Positions 28,752-32,000 of a stretch of 32,000 nt of DNA are shown piece by piece. This stretch comes from Mycoplasmoides pneumoniae FH (lineage in GTDB: Bacteria > Bacillota_I > Bacilli_A > Mycoplasmatales > Mycoplasmoidaceae). The notes beneath the pieces were generated by a model, which worked only from the letters and a program-made list of their open reading frames with translations, was not told where the DNA came from and searched no databases. The stretch is taken from NCBI RefSeq assembly GCF_001272835.1, contig NZ_CP010546.1:182809-214808 (forward strand), read 5' to 3'. The stretch's first letter is position 1; the number at the start of each line of letters is the position of its first letter. A program made the translations under genes and the position numbers.

Positions 28752-29871
28752 AGCCTTAATCTTAGAGTTAAAAACCAATAAGCAAAGCCGCTTGTTGTGG
28801 TTACTTGCAATTCCCTTACTAATATCGTTAACCTTACTAACGTACGGTTTAGTGTTGTTTAGTTCCAGTGGTCGAATTGATCATGGTGATCACTTCCACT
28901 TACGTGAGCGCTTTGTGTTAACGACCGAAGAGTTAGTTACCTTTGTGGTAGCGAGTGTCGTGTTTGCGCTAACTGTTGCCTTGTTTGGGCTGGGTTGCTG
29001 GAAGTTGCTCCAAGGTCCAAAAGTGGATAGAACAAACATAAAGCTAGCAAACAGCAATCCTGCTCCCCAAGCCGTGGTATTGCAAGCTGATTGTGATCAC
29101 TTTCAGGTAGGGGATCACTGTGTGTTTAGCGCTGAAAAGCAACACTTTAAACAACAGTTCAAACAGGACTTTTTGGGTAAAAGTAAGTTTTCCTTTCGCA
29201 ATGAACTGTACCGTTTTTGTCTCATTGGTGTGTTAATTTCGCTGAATTTAGCGCTCAGTATGGTGGAAATCCCCGGCATTGTTCTACCGTGGGGCAGTTC
29301 AATCCAGTTCCGCTTTTTTAACACCGCCATCTTGTTTATTGCGATTCGCTTTGTTGGGTTACTCTCCACATCGTTAATTGCGATTATTACTCCATGGATT
29401 CACCTCCTCCTTCACCCCGTTCATACCCCGATTAGTACCGTTTTTTACATGGGCAATGACTTGGTAGTTCTGTGAATATTCTATTTCTTTTACTACCACA
29501 TCTTTAAGGCCGAAGTCAAACAAACCACTACGGTTGTCAATAACAAGGAGTTTAGTCAATTAGTCAACACCCACAAAACGAAGGTAGCCAAGGCCTTGGC
29601 GTTAATTCCAGTTAATTTAATCTGTGGTTTTATTGAGGGTTTGGGTTTCTATGTCGGTTACTTCTTGATTTTGGGTAAATTTGGTAGTGTAGGGCATAAG
29701 ATTTTCTATGACAGTCAAGCTAACCGTGACCTAATTAACAGTGCTAACGTGATCTATTTCTTACTCACTACTACCACCATTTTTAGCTTAAAGTACCTGT
29801 TTGAACTACTGTTCTTTTACAGTGTCGAGAAGGGTATACTTAACATTTCGCGCCACTTTGGTTTGTATTAA
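28738..29871 (+). CDS. Polytopic membrane protein (377 aa); the C-terminal about 200 aa resembles an ECF-transporter S component
   Basis: ATG 28738 overlaps the upstream stop by 14 nt. 28672..29475 and 29596..29871 share one frame through TGA 29473. There are multiple hydrophobic helices and an IPVNLICGFIEG motif like the P-x-N-x-x-K-G helix of S components (inference). Confidence 0.75.
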
Positions 29872-30024
29872 AAGGTAAATAATTTAGCTTTTTGTTTAAT
29901 CAGCAATTTCCTTTATATATAAAAAAGGTAATACAACGATAGTATAGGGGTTCTAGGGGAGTTAATTTGCAGAAAACAGCTAAACCATTGTTTCACCTGG
30001 CAAACAATTTAAAGTTAATGCCAT

Positions 30025-31362
30025 ATGAGTGACGTCAAATACTTACAGGTCGAAATTGTCGATAAAAACACCATTCGCCTCCAGGAAGATGGCAAAAAGG
30101 GTCAACAAATTAGGTTAGATCAAATTATTAAGGTTGATCAAAGCAACATCTTAAACACTTTGGAGCAGGCACAACGCGAGGCATACGAAAGGGAGGCGCA
30201 AAGCCGTTACCAAACTAAGTTGGCCAAAGAACTGAGTGAAAAAGACAACACTTTTTTAAAGCAAGAAGCAGCTTGAAACCAAGCGCACAACACGCAAATC
30301 CAACAGTTATACCAACAAATTACTAACTTAGAAAATCAGGTTAACAACATCAAAAGGGAAACTGAAAGTAAAAAGGATAACGAATATCAACAACAAATAG
30401 TTAAGTTAGAAACGCAGCTCCAAAGCATTAAAAAGGAGACCGAAAGTCAAAAAGACTTGGAATACGAACGTAAAGCAAATAAAACTAAGGAAGAAAATCA
30501 ACAAGAATTAGAAAGACAACGCCAGTACTTTTTAGAACAGTTAGAACAAGCCCAAAAGGACATTGAAGAGCTCAAAACGCGTGAAGAGCGTTTTAGTAAG
30601 TGAGCAATTGCCAAAAAAGGGAAGGAATTGGAAAAGTGGTGTTGGGAAGCTTACAAAAATTACGAAGAGTTGTTCCAAAACTGTGTGTTTGCCCCTTACA
30701 GTGAGCTAGTTAAGGGTGCCAAAAAGAGCATAGGTGTAGAAGACGATGAGAGCAATATTAACGAAAAGGCTGACTTTATCTTTCAGGTATTTAATCCCAA
30801 TAATGACAAAGAACCCTTCTTTTCAATTTGCTGTGAAATGAAAACAGAGTTTACTGAAAGCAAGAGTCGCACTAAAAACGAAGATCATGTCAAAAAACTG
30901 ATTGCCGACGCTAAGCGCGCTAAGTGCCAATACGGTTTTTTAGTAAGTGAATTGGAACTCAACACTGAAAACGATGTCCAAGTGCAACGGATGCATACCT
31001 CGAACAGTGAAGTGGAGGTTTACCTAGTGCGCCCAATGTTCTTCATTGTGATGTTGCGGTTGTTTTACTTTTTGGCCAAAAAGATGTTTGCCCAAGTTGA
31101 TGTAAACAGCGAGTACTTAGATAAAGAAGCTTTAAATGCTAGCTTTAGCGATTTAAAGAAAAGCTTACTTGAAAAAACCTTTACTGATCTCAACAAGGTC
31201 TTTCAAAACAACATTGATGAACTAGAAAAGATTGAAGGATTAGTAACAAAGTTGAAAGCCGCTAATGAAAAGGCCTTAAATAGTCGTTTAAATAACTGGG
31301 AAGAAAAGATCCGTAAGTTTGAATTTAAGCTCAATAAAGACATTGTTAAAAAGCTTGAATAA
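30025..31362 (+). CDS. DUF2130 family protein (445 aa): N-terminal coiled coil plus a PD-(D/E)xK-like core
   Basis: 30025..30276 and 30628..31362 share one frame, bridged through TGA 30274 and 30601. GKELEKWCWEAYKNY, ADFIFQVF, ICCEMKTE, KCQYGFLVSELE and VYLVRPMFF match my memory of the DUF2130 pattern. Confidence 0.8.
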
Positions 31363-31424
31363 GGTTCTTTTAAGTAGTCTTTTTAGGGTAGAAATTAGTT
31401 TCCAAAAACGGTTTTAAATTAGAG

Positions 31425-31451
31425 GCTTATTTTTAAAAATTCAAAATAAGC
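31425..31451 (+). other. Perfect 9-bp hairpin gcttatttt / aaaataagc (9-nt loop) between the DUF2130 gene and the lipoprotein gene
   Basis: Read directly. No T-run follows and it ends 3 nt before a TATAAT box. It may be a terminator or operator-like element. Confidence 0.4.
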
Positions 31452-31454
31452 AAA

Positions 31455-31460
31455 TATAAT
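31455..31460 (+). promoter_or_regulatory. Consensus TATAAT -10 box for the downstream lipoprotein gene
   Basis: tataat lies 23 nt upstream of ATG 31484. Confidence 0.45.
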
Positions 31461-31483
31461 TAAACCGTCTTTTATCTGAATAT

Positions 31484-32000
31484 ATGAAACTAAATCTGCG
31501 ATTTCCTAGCTATTTTTTACCCGTCGTTGCCGCTAGTGCTTTCCTTGTTAGTTGCGCCACACCTAACACTTACGAAGTACAACGCGCTGCCTTGATTCAA
31601 CTAGTTGAAGAAGACGAACGACAAAACTACATTCAAAAGGGTAGTATAGGTGCAAATGCTGTTATGACTGCTGCAAAAGCAGAAACCAAAACAGCAGAAA
31701 AAACAGCAACTTCTACCAAAGCTGCTTCAATAGAACTTAAAAAAACTGATACTGATATTAAGACTACAACTACTACCGAAAACAAATCAGCATCCGGATA
31801 CAAACTAGATACCCTCTTTGGTGACTACATCTTGTGAGTAGTTGACCACCTTTCTGGTTTACTTTTCTCACCTAAGACTAATAACAGTACAACTACTCAA
31901 AAAATCCAACTCATTACCGAAGATAAGGTGATTTTAGACGGTGGTAACTTGACCGTGGAAAAAAATCATGAACATGGCCATACTCATAAAAATGGTGAAA
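31484..32000 (+). CDS. Lipoprotein, N-terminal part (continues beyond the window)
   Basis: MKLNLRFPSYFLPVVAASAFLVS-C-ATPN gives a signal peptide and lipobox. The frame continues through TGA 31835 to the window edge. Its position after the DUF2130 gene matches the MG149-homologue lipoprotein as I recall it. Confidence 0.8.

Overview
The window reads as a Mycoplasma (Mycoplasmoides) pneumoniae chromosome segment that must be translated with genetic code 4 (TGA=Trp). Most ORF-track fragments fuse into long same-frame genes once in-frame TGA is read through. Every gene I support is on the + strand. Order: the 3' end of the P1 cytadhesin gene (to 1420), the ORF6 (P40/P90 precursor) gene (1426-4881), and a small basic protein. 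Next comes a ~12 kb accessory block (about 5.6-17.8 kb). It holds a silent P1-like repeat copy (RepMP2/3 type) and a silent ORF6-like copy (RepMP5 type). Each copy is followed by the same junction element, a DUF16/UPF0134 coiled-coil gene and a large lipoprotein gene, and one lipoprotein copy is broken by a single TAA. After that come core genes: an 1113-codon SF1 helicase, nusA, ylxR, infB, rbfA, a Lys/Pro-rich membrane protein, ribF, a CNNM-CBS-CorC protein, a polytopic membrane protein, a DUF2130 protein and the start of another lipoprotein. From memory this matches M129 loci MPN141 to about MPN162. I saw no rRNA, tRNA, CRISPR array, transposase or phage gene. I cannot defend a wholly new system here. 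The points most worth a second look are: the duplicated [silent adhesin repeat - junction - DUF16 - lipoprotein] module; nonsense and frameshift lesions inside the silent donors; a covarying leader hairpin; probable ATT initiation and an anti-SD pairing in DUF16-type cassettes; poly(A) tracts beside -10-like boxes of lipoprotein genes; and three poorly characterised proteins (helicase with a nuclease-like tail, DUF2130, and an ECF-S-like membrane protein next to ribF). Family names and locus numbers come from recollection, not from a search.
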